From NCBI GenBank assembly GCA_963792905.1, contig CAWBYE010000025.1, forward strand, positions 8,637 to 72,636: a stretch of 64,000 nucleotides of DNA, given 5' to 3'. The notes under the pieces are model-generated. The model saw only the letters and a program-made list of their open reading frames with translations, did not search any database and was not told the DNA's origin. The position numbers were made by a program, and so were the translations under genes. The stretch is from an uncultured Acidimicrobiaceae bacterium (lineage in GTDB: Bacteria; Actinomycetota; Acidimicrobiia; Acidimicrobiales; Ilumatobacteraceae). The stretch's first letter is position 1; every line of letters begins with the position of its first letter. Below are positions 1 through 8,708 of the stretch, one piece after another.

Positions 1-88
1 AGTACGGCTCCTCGGTCTTGCCGAGGTCGAGTGCGACGCCGATCGCCGGCACGTGCGACGTGTAGACCGATGCCGAGATGTGCGCCAT
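1..88 (-). CDS. ligB: Protocatechuate 4,5-dioxygenase beta subunit, N-terminus (runs off the window edge)
   Basis: Manual translation from ATG at 88 gives MAHISASVYTSHVPAIGVALDLGKTEEPY, the LigB/PmdB N-terminus (SHVPAIG). The start overlaps the ligA stop (TGATG). Confidence 0.9.
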   Translation of the reverse strand, partial: MAHISASVYTSHVPAIGVALDLGKTEEPY

Positions 89-480
89 CACGGCACCTGC
101 TCGTTCGTGTACCGGTTGCCCTCGATCGAGCGACCGCCGGCGACCATCATCGCCCGGTAGTCGTCCTCGCTCATCCCGGTCATCGAACCGGCCATCTGCT
201 GGAAGCTCTTGCCGTCGGTCGCGCCGATCTTCGCGAGGAAGTAGATGTTGCCGCCCAAGGCGATCATCCGGTTCATGTCGCGGTCGAGCACCGACTGCTT
301 CTGTTCCTCGGTCATCTGCCACTCGTCGAGGTACGCCCGCTCGTCACGCTGGAACCGCTCACGATTCTCGGCCCGCATGAGTGACATGCAGAACTGGTTC
401 AGCCAATACCCCTTGCGTGACTGCGCCGCGTCGAACACCGTCGTGCCCGGGATGTCCTCGTACGGCTTCTCGATCGCCAT
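88..480 (-). CDS. ligA: Protocatechuate 4,5-dioxygenase alpha subunit
   Basis: 130 aa; DIPGTTVF...SRKGYWLNQFCMSLM..ENRERF...GGNIYFLAKIGATDG is typical of LigA/PmdA. Confidence 0.93.
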   Translation of the reverse strand: MAIEKPYEDIPGTTVFDAAQSRKGYWLNQFCMSLMRAENRERFQRDERAYLDEWQMTEEQKQSVLDRDMNRMIALGGNIYFLAKIGATDGKSFQQMAGSMTGMSEDDYRAMMVAGGRSIEGNRYTNEQVP

Positions 481-503
481 CTACACCTCCGGAGGACTCG
501 TGC

Positions 504-567
504 GATTGTGGACAATCCTGGTCGTTGCGACACCAGATTGTCAACAATCCGGGAATTGTCTACGATC
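504..567. promoter_or_regulatory. Three operator-like palindromes in the ligA/metE-like divergent promoter
   Basis: GATTGTGGACAATC (504-517), GATTGTCAACAATC (536-549) and degenerate AATTGTCTACGATC (554-567). The TTGT-N2-ACAA core resembles GntR/FadR-type operators. Confidence 0.75.
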
Positions 568-579
568 GCCCCGCTCACC

Positions 580-611
580 ACAACCCGCATCACAACCCGA
601 ACGACAACCCG
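580..611 (+). repeat. Three ACAACCCG copies at 12-bp period in the metE-like leader
   Basis: ACAACCCG at 580, 592 and 604. Confidence 0.6.
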
Positions 612-640
612 CAAACCGCAACCCCGAGCCGAGGACGACG

Positions 641-1747
641 ATGTCACACATCAACCCACCATTCCGCGCCGACCACGTCGGCAGTCTGCTCCGGCCGGCC
701 GGTGTGCTCGAGGCCCGACGGCGGCGCGCGACCGGCGAGATCGACGACGCCGAACTGCGCGGTATCGAGGACGCCGCGATCGCCGACATGATCCCGAAGC
801 TCGAAGCGACCGGCATCCAGAGCATCACCGACGGTGAGTTCCGGCGCGAGTGGTTCCACCTCGACTTCCTCAAGCAGCTCGACGGGGTCACCGTCACCGG
901 CATGATCGATGCGAGCTCGGACTCGCAGGAGACCGTGCACCAAGCGCCCCCGAAGATCACCGTCACCGGCGAACTCCGCCACCAGCATCCGATCCAGGTG
1001 GACGACTACCGCTTCGTCGCCCAGCACACGTCGATGACCCCGAAGGTCGCGATCCCGTCACCGACGATGGTGCACTTCCGTGGCGGCCGCGGCGGGATCG
1101 ACATCGAGTCCTACCCCGATCTCGACGTGTTCTTCGACGATCTCGCCCAGTGCTATCGCGACGAGATCCAGGCGCTCTACGACGCCGGGTGCCGGTACCT
1201 CCAACTCGACGACACCAACCTCGCCTACCTGTGTGACCCGATCATGCGCCAGGGGGCGGTCGACCGCGGTGACGACCCCGATGATCTCCCTCGCACGTAC
1301 GCAGCGCTGATCAACCACGCGCTCGAGGGCCGGCCCGACGACCTGACGGTCGGCATCCACCTCTGCCGTGGCAACTTCCGGAGCAAGCACTTCGCGAGTG
1401 GCGGGTACGAGGCGGTCGCCGAGGTGCTGTTCAACGAGATCGACGTCGATGCGTACTTCCTCGAATACGACGATGAGCGCTCCGGCGACTTCGCCCCGCT
1501 GCGGTTCTTCCCGAAGGACAAGACGCTCGTGCTCGGGTTGGTGACATCCAAGTTCGCGGAACTGGAAGACCCGGATGAACTCAAGGCACGTGTCCATGAG
1601 GCCGCCGCATACGTCGACCTCGACCAGATGTGCCTCAGCCCGCAGTGCGGGTTCTCGAGCACCGTCCACGGCAACGACGTCACCGAGGCCGACCAGTGGG
1701 CCAAGCTGCGCCACGTGGTCGACGTCGCCGCCGACGTCTGGGCGTGA
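641..1747 (+). CDS. Cobalamin-independent methionine synthase-like protein (catalytic domain only, Zn-thiol alkyltransferase fold)
   Basis: Begins MSHINPPFRADHVGSLLRP; Zn-ligand motifs IHLCRGN, LEYD, SPQCGF; about 368 aa with no N-terminal folate-binding barrel. The ORF-track start at 245 overlaps ligA and was rejected. Confidence 0.85.
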   Translation: MSHINPPFRADHVGSLLRPAGVLEARRRRATGEIDDAELRGIEDAAIADMIPKLEATGIQSITDGEFRREWFHLDFLKQLDGVTVTGMIDASSDSQETVHQAPPKITVTGELRHQHPIQVDDYRFVAQHTSMTPKVAIPSPTMVHFRGGRGGIDIESYPDLDVFFDDLAQCYRDEIQALYDAGCRYLQLDDTNLAYLCDPIMRQGAVDRGDDPDDLPRTYAALINHALEGRPDDLTVGIHLCRGNFRSKHFASGGYEAVAEVLFNEIDVDAYFLEYDDERSGDFAPLRFFPKDKTLVLGLVTSKFAELEDPDELKARVHEAAAYVDLDQMCLSPQCGFSSTVHGNDVTEADQWAKLRHVVDVAADVWA

Positions 1748-2451
1748 CGCGGGCCGGCATCCTCGCGATCCCCGGGCTCCTCTGCGACGCATTCGTCTGG
1801 GAGTCGCAGTCCGAGGCGTTGCGTGACGTCGCCGACACCGTCATCGCCGACGTCTCCGAGCACGACGATCTGACCGAGATGGCGCGGGCCGCGTTGACGA
1901 CCGTCGACGGGCCCGTCGACGTCGTCGGCCACTCGATGGGTGGCCGCGTGGCCTTCGAGGTGTGTCGGTTGGCGCCAGAGCGGGTGCGATCGCTCGTCGT
2001 CCTCGACACCGGCGCCCACCCGGCGGGTCCGGACGAACCGGCGAGCCGCGGGCGGCTGACCGAACTGTCGGCAACGGAGGGCATGGACGCGCTCGCTGAC
2101 GCCTGGCTCCCTCCCATGGTTCACTCCGATCGGCACACCGATGAGACGATCATGGGGCCGTTGCGGGCGATGGTCGGGCGCGCCACCCCGTCGCAGCACG
2201 CCCGGCAGACCCACGCGCTGTTGACGCGTCCGGACGCTCGACCGCTCCTCGGCACGATCACCGTGCCCACCCTCGTCGTGGTCGGCCGCGAGGACGCCTG
2301 GAGCCCGGTGGAGCAGCACGAGGAGCTCGCGGCGGCGATCCCCGGCGCCCGGCTCGAGATCGTCGAACACTCGGGCCACATGGTGACGGTCGAGCAACCC
2401 GACGCGGTCACGGCGCTCCTGCGCGAGTGGTTGACCCACCTCCCGGGCTGA
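1744..2451 (+). CDS. Alpha/beta hydrolase (putative esterase)
   Basis: GTG start overlaps the upstream stop (GTGA); nucleophile motif GHSMGG, acid in GRED, His in SGHMVTVE. Confidence 0.85.
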   Translation: MTRAGILAIPGLLCDAFVWESQSEALRDVADTVIADVSEHDDLTEMARAALTTVDGPVDVVGHSMGGRVAFEVCRLAPERVRSLVVLDTGAHPAGPDEPASRGRLTELSATEGMDALADAWLPPMVHSDRHTDETIMGPLRAMVGRATPSQHARQTHALLTRPDARPLLGTITVPTLVVVGREDAWSPVEQHEELAAAIPGARLEIVEHSGHMVTVEQPDAVTALLREWLTHLPG

Positions 2452-2488
2452 CGAACACCACCATCGGTGCGACACAGAGGGTTCGCAG

Positions 2489-2502
2489 AATTGTCGACAA
2501 TC
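2489..2502. promoter_or_regulatory. Operator palindrome upstream of the ligU-ligI-gntR unit
   Basis: AATTGTCGACAATC matches the 504/536 sites. Confidence 0.75.
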
Positions 2503-2527
2503 CTGACCGGAGCGCCACAATGAATCC

Positions 2528-3622
2528 GTGACGGGAGTTCGGTGCATGGTGATGCGGGGTGGGACGTCGAAGGGCGTCTTCTTCGTCGTCGACGACCTGC
2601 CGATCGACCCCGCCGATCGCGACGCGTTGCTGTTGGGTGTCATGGGTTCGCCGGACATCCGTCAGATCGACGGCATCGGTGGTGCCACGCCCCTCACGAG
2701 CAAGGTCGCCGTCATCGCGCCGAGTGCACGCGAGGACGCCGACATCGACTACCTCTTCCTGCAGGTCGGCGTCGATCGTGCCGAGGTCAGCGATCGACAG
2801 AACTGCGGCAACCTGCTGGCTGCGACCGGGCAGTTCGCGATCGAACGCTGCCTCATCCCCGCGCCGTCGGGCGACACGGCGACCGTCCGGGTCTACATGC
2901 TCAACACCAGTTCCCTCGCCGCCGAGACGTTCCCGATGGCCGACGGGCTACCGACGTACACGGGCGACACCACGATCGACGGCGTTCCCGGCACCGCAGC
3001 AGCGGTGCGGATCGACTTCGAGGACATCGCCGGTGGGTCGTGCGGCGCACTGCTCCCGACCGGGAACACGGTGGACGTCATCGACGGCGTCGAGGTGACG
3101 TTGGTCGACAACGGCATGCCGGTCGTCGTGATGCGCGCCTCCGACCTCGGCATCACCGGCACCGAGTCGCCGACCGAACTCGAGGCCGACGAGGGGCTAC
3201 GAGCCCGACTCGAGTCGATCCGATTGCAGGCGGGGCCGCTGATGCAGCTCGGCGACGTCGCCGACACGACCGTGCCGAAACTCACGATGGTGTCGGCACC
3301 GTCGGCGGGCGGCGACATCTCCACCCGCACGTTCATCCCCCATCGGTGCCACGAGGCGATCGGTGTGTTCGGTGCCGTGTCGGTGGCGACCGCGGCGTTG
3401 CTGTCGGGCACGCCGGCGGCGGACGTGACGCGAGTCGGCGCCGGCAGCGACGGGACGGTGACGTGCGAACACCCGAGCGGGTCGTTCACGGCCGCGATCG
3501 AGATCGACACGTCCGGCGGGACGCCGAGGGTGCATCGTGCCGGGATCGTCCGCACCGCTCGGAAGATCATGGACGGCACCGTCTTCCCTGTCGACCACCC
3601 GACGTCTGGAGCATCAGCGTGA
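2528..3622 (+). CDS. ligU: 4-oxalomesaconate tautomerase (PrpF/FldA/LigU family)
   Basis: MRGGTSKG, DIRQIDGIGGATPLTSKVA, NCGN motifs; pathway context. Confidence 0.85.
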   Translation: MTGVRCMVMRGGTSKGVFFVVDDLPIDPADRDALLLGVMGSPDIRQIDGIGGATPLTSKVAVIAPSAREDADIDYLFLQVGVDRAEVSDRQNCGNLLAATGQFAIERCLIPAPSGDTATVRVYMLNTSSLAAETFPMADGLPTYTGDTTIDGVPGTAAAVRIDFEDIAGGSCGALLPTGNTVDVIDGVEVTLVDNGMPVVVMRASDLGITGTESPTELEADEGLRARLESIRLQAGPLMQLGDVADTTVPKLTMVSAPSAGGDISTRTFIPHRCHEAIGVFGAVSVATAALLSGTPAADVTRVGAGSDGTVTCEHPSGSFTAAIEIDTSGGTPRVHRAGIVRTARKIMDGTVFPVDHPTSGASA

Positions 3623-4503
3623 GCACGTCCGAGCCGAAGTCGATCCCCGGACCGCACCCCGACCCGCACGGGCCGAAACGCTGGATGCCCCCTCCCGGAG
3701 CGACCGATGCGCACTGCCACGTGTTCGGGCCGGCCCACCTGTTCCCGTTCTCGCCGGACCGGTCGTACACGCCACCGGATTCCGGCATCGACGACTTCGA
3801 GCGGCTGCAGCACCGTCTCGGCCTGTCGCGCGCCGTGTTCGTCCAGGCCTCGTGTCACGGCACCGACAACGCGGCGATGGTCGACGCCCTGCAACGTGGC
3901 CGAGGTCGGTACGCGGGCGTCGCGATGATCGACGAGTCGTTCTCGGACTCGGAGATCGCAGCGCTGCACGGCGCCGGCGTCCGGGGTACGCGGTTCAACT
4001 TCGTCGAGCATCTCGGCGGGGCGCCCGAACTCGATGTGTTCTGGCGACTGGTCGACCGGGTGCAACCGTTCGGGTGGCACATCGTGCTGCACTTCGACGC
4101 CAAGGACCTCCCCGACTACGCGTCACTGCTCGACCGGATGCCGTGCCCCTACGTGATCGACCACATGGCCCGCGTGCCGACCGCCGACGGCATCGACCAG
4201 GAGCCGTTCCGGGCACTGCTCGAACTCATGCGGGACGAGCGGGCGTGGGTGAAGATCTCGGGGGCCGAGCGACTCACGGCCGACGGGCCACCTCCGTACG
4301 ACGACGTGGTGCCGTACGCACGGGCACTCGTCGACGCGGCCCCGGATCGCGTGCTGTGGGGTACCGACTGGCCACACCCGAACGTGCGGCACATGCCCGA
4401 CGACGGCGACCTCGTCGACCTCGTCGTCGACCTGGTCCCCGACGAGGCGACCCGACACCAGGTGCTCGTGGCCAACCCGGAACGGCTCTACGATTTCGCC
4501 TGA
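3619..4503 (+). CDS. ligI: 2-pyrone-4,6-dicarboxylate hydrolase (amidohydrolase)
   Basis: DAHCHVFGP, VQASCHGTDN, VIDHMAR, WGTDWPHPN; GTG start overlaps the ligU stop. Confidence 0.85.
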   Translation: MSTSEPKSIPGPHPDPHGPKRWMPPPGATDAHCHVFGPAHLFPFSPDRSYTPPDSGIDDFERLQHRLGLSRAVFVQASCHGTDNAAMVDALQRGRGRYAGVAMIDESFSDSEIAALHGAGVRGTRFNFVEHLGGAPELDVFWRLVDRVQPFGWHIVLHFDAKDLPDYASLLDRMPCPYVIDHMARVPTADGIDQEPFRALLELMRDERAWVKISGAERLTADGPPPYDDVVPYARALVDAAPDRVLWGTDWPHPNVRHMPDDGDLVDLVVDLVPDEATRHQVLVANPERLYDFA

Positions 4504-4536
4504 GCGCGACGGCACCGTTTGTAGGATCTCGACCAC

Positions 4537-5169
4537 ATGTCCGACGTCAGCGATCTGCTCCGCAACGACATCCTCACCGGCGACTTCCCGCCCGGTGAAC
4601 GCTTGATCGAGCTGCAACTCACCGAGCGCTACGGCGTCGGCCGAGCCGCGATCCGGTCGGCGATCGTCGAACTGAGCGCGGAGGGCCTGGTCGTCCACGA
4701 GACGAACCGCGGCGCCGCAGTGCGTCGCGTGTCGATCGAGGAGGCGATCGAGATCGCCGAGGCCCGGAGCGCACTCGAGAGCCTGCTCGCGCGCCGCGCC
4801 GCCGAGCGCGCCACCGACGCCGAGCGGCGGGAGCTCGACAGCATCGTCGACGACATGCGCGCGGCGGTCGGTGCCAACCGGCAGGCCGCCTACTCCGAGT
4901 TGAATCGTGTGCTCCACCGTCGGGTGCGGGAGATCAGTGGGCACTCCACCGCATCGGAGCTCGTGGCGAACCTCCGCAACCGCGGCGCCCACCACCAGTT
5001 CCGGCTGGCGACGATGCCGGGTCGATCGAACGACTCGTTGCCCCAGCACGCCGCGATCGTCGACGCGATCGTCGACGGGGACGGGGATGCCGCGGCCGAG
5101 GCGATGCGTGTCCACCTGATGTCGGTGCAGGACGTCCTCGCCAGCTGGGTCGATCAACCCGGCCACTGA
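4537..5169 (+). CDS. GntR/FCD family transcriptional regulator
   Basis: GERLIELQLTERYGVGRAAIRSA winged HTH; FCD C-domain (N..LHR, QHAAIVDAI). Confidence 0.9.
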   Translation: MSDVSDLLRNDILTGDFPPGERLIELQLTERYGVGRAAIRSAIVELSAEGLVVHETNRGAAVRRVSIEEAIEIAEARSALESLLARRAAERATDAERRELDSIVDDMRAAVGANRQAAYSELNRVLHRRVREISGHSTASELVANLRNRGAHHQFRLATMPGRSNDSLPQHAAIVDAIVDGDGDAAAEAMRVHLMSVQDVLASWVDQPGH

Positions 5170-5203
5170 TGCCGGTGTCGGGCACCGAAGGCATCAGTCG
5201 ACG

Positions 5204-5884
5204 TCAGTCGGCGTACTCGACCCCGAGCTCGAGGAGCTTGGCCCGGAGCCCGTAGATGTCGACGCCGAGTTCGCCCGACTCGAGACGCGTCCGCATCGTG
5301 GCTTCCTTGTCGAGCCGCTCCCGCGACTTGTCGAGCGCCCATGCAGCGTCAGCGCGTTCGACGATCACGACGCCGTCGTCGTCGGCGCAGATCACGTCAC
5401 CGGGATGGATGGCGACCCCGCCCAGGACAACGGGCACGTTCACCGAACCGGGCGTGTTCTTCACCGTGCCCTGGCAGGACACGTGCTGCGTCCATACCGG
5501 GAACCCCATCGAACGGAGGTCGGCGGTGTCGCGCACGCCCGCATCGATCACGAGACCGCGGACGCCGCGCGCCATCAGCGAGGTCGCCAGGAGGTCGCCG
5601 AACATGCCGTGGGTCGACGGCGCGGTGTTGACGACGACGAGCACGTCGCCCGCCTGACACATCTCCACCGCGGCGTGGATCATGATGTTGTCGCCCGGAT
5701 GGCTCAGCACGGTCACCGCCGACCCGGCGATCTTCGTGTCCTGCTGGATCGCCCGGATGTGCGGCCCGACGTAGCCGACACGACCGATCGCCTCGTGCAC
5801 CGTCGCAGTGCCGGCGTCGGCGAGTTCGTCGATGATCGACGGCTCCGCGCGCTCGATGGTGCGGACGATGACGTGACGTTGCAT
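5204..5884 (-). CDS. ligK: 4-carboxy-4-hydroxy-2-oxoadipate / HMG aldolase (RraA-like)
   Basis: GTATVHEA, GDNIMIH, GDLLATS, DAGVRD, PGDVICADDDGVV; GGAGGAG RBS upstream. Confidence 0.88.
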   Translation of the reverse strand: MQRHVIVRTIERAEPSIIDELADAGTATVHEAIGRVGYVGPHIRAIQQDTKIAGSAVTVLSHPGDNIMIHAAVEMCQAGDVLVVVNTAPSTHGMFGDLLATSLMARGVRGLVIDAGVRDTADLRSMGFPVWTQHVSCQGTVKNTPGSVNVPVVLGGVAIHPGDVICADDDGVVIVERADAAWALDKSRERLDKEATMRTRLESGELGVDIYGLRAKLLELGVEYAD

Positions 5885-5944
5885 GGCGTGACTCCTCCGG
5901 TTCGACGAACCCTGATGACGATCTCGGTTGGCGTGGTCGGTTGG

Positions 5945-6009
5945 CGTGATCGGATGACGTGATCAGATGACGTGATCAGATGACGTGATCAGATGACGTG
6001 ATCAGATGA
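5945..6009. repeat. 13-bp tandem repeat CGTGATCAGATGA x5 (one substitution in copy 1)
   Basis: Units start at 5945, 5958, 5971, 5984 and 5997; the array spans the ligJ stop codon. Confidence 0.95.
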
Positions 6010-7028
6010 CGGGGGGACCTGCAGGCGGGGGTAGACCCGCTGCACGTTGTGCTCGAAGATCTTGCTGCGCTGCTCGTCGGTGAGGTCGGCCCGCTCCACG
6101 TACAACTTGGTGTCGTCGTAGTACTCCCCCGTGTCGGGGTTCTTGCCCTTCACGGCACCGACCATCTCGGACGCGAACAGGATGTTGTCGGTCGGCACGA
6201 CGTCGACCAGGAGGTCGATGCCCGGCTGGTGGTACACGCAGGTGTCGAAGAAGACGTTCGCCATCAACTCGTCGAGCAGCGGCCATCCCGCGGCGGCGTT
6301 CTCCTCGGCCATTCCCTTGAACCGACCCCAGTGGTACGGCACCGCGCCGCCGCCGTGGGGGATCACCCACCGCATCGTCGGGAAGTCACGGAACAGACCC
6401 GACGTGAGTGCCTGCATGAATGCCGTGGTATCGGCACCGAGATAGTGGGAGCCGGTGGAGTGGAAATGAGGGTTGCAGGTCGCGCTGACGTGGATCATCG
6501 CCGGCACGTCGAGTTCGCACATCGCCGCGTACAGCGGGTGCCAGGACGGATCGAACAGCGGCGGACCGTCCCAGTTGCCGCCGGACGGGTCCGGGTTGAG
6601 GTTGCAGCCGACGAAGCCCATCTCCTCGACACATCGCCGCAGTTCCCGGACCGATGACTCGACGCTCACGCCCGGCGACTGCGGCAGCTGGCAGACGGGC
6701 GCGAAGTTGTCGGGGTAGAGGTCACAGATCCGGCGGATGATGTCGTTGCAGTGCTCGCTCCAGAACCGGCTCGTGTGTTCGTTCCCGATGTGGTGACCCA
6801 TCCACGACGCACGCGGCGAGAAGACCGTGAAATCGATCCCCCGCTCGCGCTGCAGCCGGAGTTGGTTGTGCTCGAGACTCTCGATCAGTTCGTCGTCGGA
6901 GATCGAGATCGATCCCTTCTCGCCGACGTGATCCGGGTCGTCCGCCAAGCGCCGCGTGCTGGCGCATCCCGGTACTCACCGAGCTGCGCCGGGGCGGTGG
7001 TGTAGTGGCCGTGGCAGTCGATGATCAT
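5989..7028 (-). CDS. ligJ: 4-oxalomesaconate hydratase (amidohydrolase), apparent frameshift near 6950-6970
   Basis: N-terminus MIIDCHGHYTTAP in one frame (start 7028) continues in another frame with SPRASWMGHH, HGGGAVPYHWGR, FDTCVYH, FASEMVGAV. Confidence 0.85.
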
Positions 7029-7056
7029 GGTGGCAGCATCTTGGTGCTCGCCTTGC

Positions 7057-7074
7057 CGGATTGTCAACAATCCG
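7057..7074. promoter_or_regulatory. Operator palindrome between divergent ligJ and pobA
   Basis: CGGATTGTCAACAATCCG, an 8-2-8 inverted repeat whose core is identical to 536-549. Confidence 0.8.
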
Positions 7075-7087
7075 CTAGACCGACACC

Positions 7088-8269
7088 GTGACGATCATCA
7101 CGCAGGTCGCGATCATCGGTGCCGGCCCCGCCGGTGCACTGCTGTCCCACATCCTCGATCGGGCCGGCGTCGACTCCGTCGTCGTCGAACGTTCCAGTCG
7201 GGAGCACGTCCTCGGGCGGATCCGGGCCGGCGTCCTCGAGTGGGGAACGGTCGAACTGCTGCGTGAGCACGGCCTCGGCGATCGCATGGACGCCGAGGGC
7301 CACGTCCACGCCGGCACCAGCATCGTGTGGAGCGGCCGTGACGTCCTGACGATCGACATCGAGAAGTACGCGAACTCCCGCTTCATGTCGTACGGGCAGA
7401 CGAACCTGCAAGAAGACCTGTACGCGGCTGCGGATCTGCGTGGCGCCCAGATCCACTTCGAGGCGGCCGACGTCGAGTTGCACGACGTCACCGGCGACCG
7501 CCCCTGGCTGACGTTCGACTCCGACGGCGACCAGGTGCGCGTCGAGGCCGACTACATCGTCGGGTGCGACGGGTTCCACGGCGCCGCGCGCCAGGCGATC
7601 CCCGACAGCATCCTGCGGACCTACGAGAAGGAGTACCCGTTCGGCTGGCTCGGGATCCTCAGTGAGACGCCCCCACTCGACGACCTGGTCTACGCCCACC
7701 ACGAGCATGGGTTCGCGCTGGCCTCGCAACGCAACCCGATGCTCAGCCGGTACTACGTGCAGTGTCCGCTGACCGACACGATCGACGACTGGTCGGACGA
7801 CCGCTTCTGGAGTGAGCTCGCCATCCGCCTCGGCCCGACCGTCGGCCCCACCGTGGTCACCGGTCCGTCGATCGAGAAGTCGATCGCCCCGCTGCGCAGC
7901 TTCGTCGCCGAACCTATGCGCCACGGCAACCTGTTCCTCGCCGGCGACGCCGCCCACATCGTGCCGCCGACGGGCGCCAAGGGGCTCAACCTGGCCGTGT
8001 CCGACGTGTTCTACCTGTCGCGGGCGCTGACGGCCCATTACGGGCAGGGCGACGACGCGTATCTCGACGGCTACTCGGACATGGCACTGCGACGGGTGTG
8101 GGGCTCGGTCCGCTTCTCGTGGTGGTTGACCACGCTGCTCCACCGCTTCCCCGATCAGACCGACTTCGATCTACGAGCGCAGGAGGCCGAGCTCGACTAC
8201 CTCGCCTCGTCGACCCACGCTCAGGCCGCCATGGCCGAGCAGTACGCGGGCCTTCCCTTCGAGACCTGA
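7088..8269 (+). CDS. pobA: 4-hydroxybenzoate 3-monooxygenase
   Basis: IIGAGPAG, RIRAGVLE, GCDGFHG, YPFGWLG, LAGDAAHIVPPTGAKGLNLA, AEQYAGLP. Confidence 0.95.
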   Translation: MTIITQVAIIGAGPAGALLSHILDRAGVDSVVVERSSREHVLGRIRAGVLEWGTVELLREHGLGDRMDAEGHVHAGTSIVWSGRDVLTIDIEKYANSRFMSYGQTNLQEDLYAAADLRGAQIHFEAADVELHDVTGDRPWLTFDSDGDQVRVEADYIVGCDGFHGAARQAIPDSILRTYEKEYPFGWLGILSETPPLDDLVYAHHEHGFALASQRNPMLSRYYVQCPLTDTIDDWSDDRFWSELAIRLGPTVGPTVVTGPSIEKSIAPLRSFVAEPMRHGNLFLAGDAAHIVPPTGAKGLNLAVSDVFYLSRALTAHYGQGDDAYLDGYSDMALRRVWGSVRFSWWLTTLLHRFPDQTDFDLRAQEAELDYLASSTHAQAAMAEQYAGLPFET

Positions 8270-8708
8270 CATTGCGGGCGCCGAGGCCGCCCAGTCCTGG
8301 TGGTTGCGGACGTACTGGTTGGCGACGTCGTTCGCCGGTCGGTGGTCCCATGACACCAGCGGGCCCGCCGACACCTGGTGCGCCGACGCTTCTCTCACAC
8401 GCCGTCGTACCCCCAGATTCCGAATCGGTGCTCGTCGGCGGATCAATCCTGTCGACGCTGCGACTCCGCTGACGGTTCTGCAATCCAACACCGCCGGTCG
8501 ATTTCTGCAGAGTTACTCCTGCGTCGCCCTCCGCGAGCCAGCAACTTGGACACGCGACATCGGCACATTCCCGAGCCCCCGACAACGACGCCCGCTGATC
8601 ACCGCGTGTGTCAACTGTCAGCCGGGTAGAAGACGCGACTACCGGGTGCGCTGCTTGGGCCGCGATGCGGCGCGCCCCCACGGGCGTCAACCGGATTACG
8701 GAGCGGAG

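Noticed and set aside
245-640. N-terminal extension of the MetE-like ORF (500 aa in the ORF track)
   Set aside because: It overlaps ligA antisense and the operator region; the family-typical start is at 641.
5945-6009. Repeat array as CRISPR
   Set aside because: 13-bp units are contiguous with no spacers, and there are no cas genes.
8296-8303. CCTGGTGG as attR of the tRNA-Ala islet
   Set aside because: An 8-bp match is expected by chance in GC-rich DNA; too short to call.
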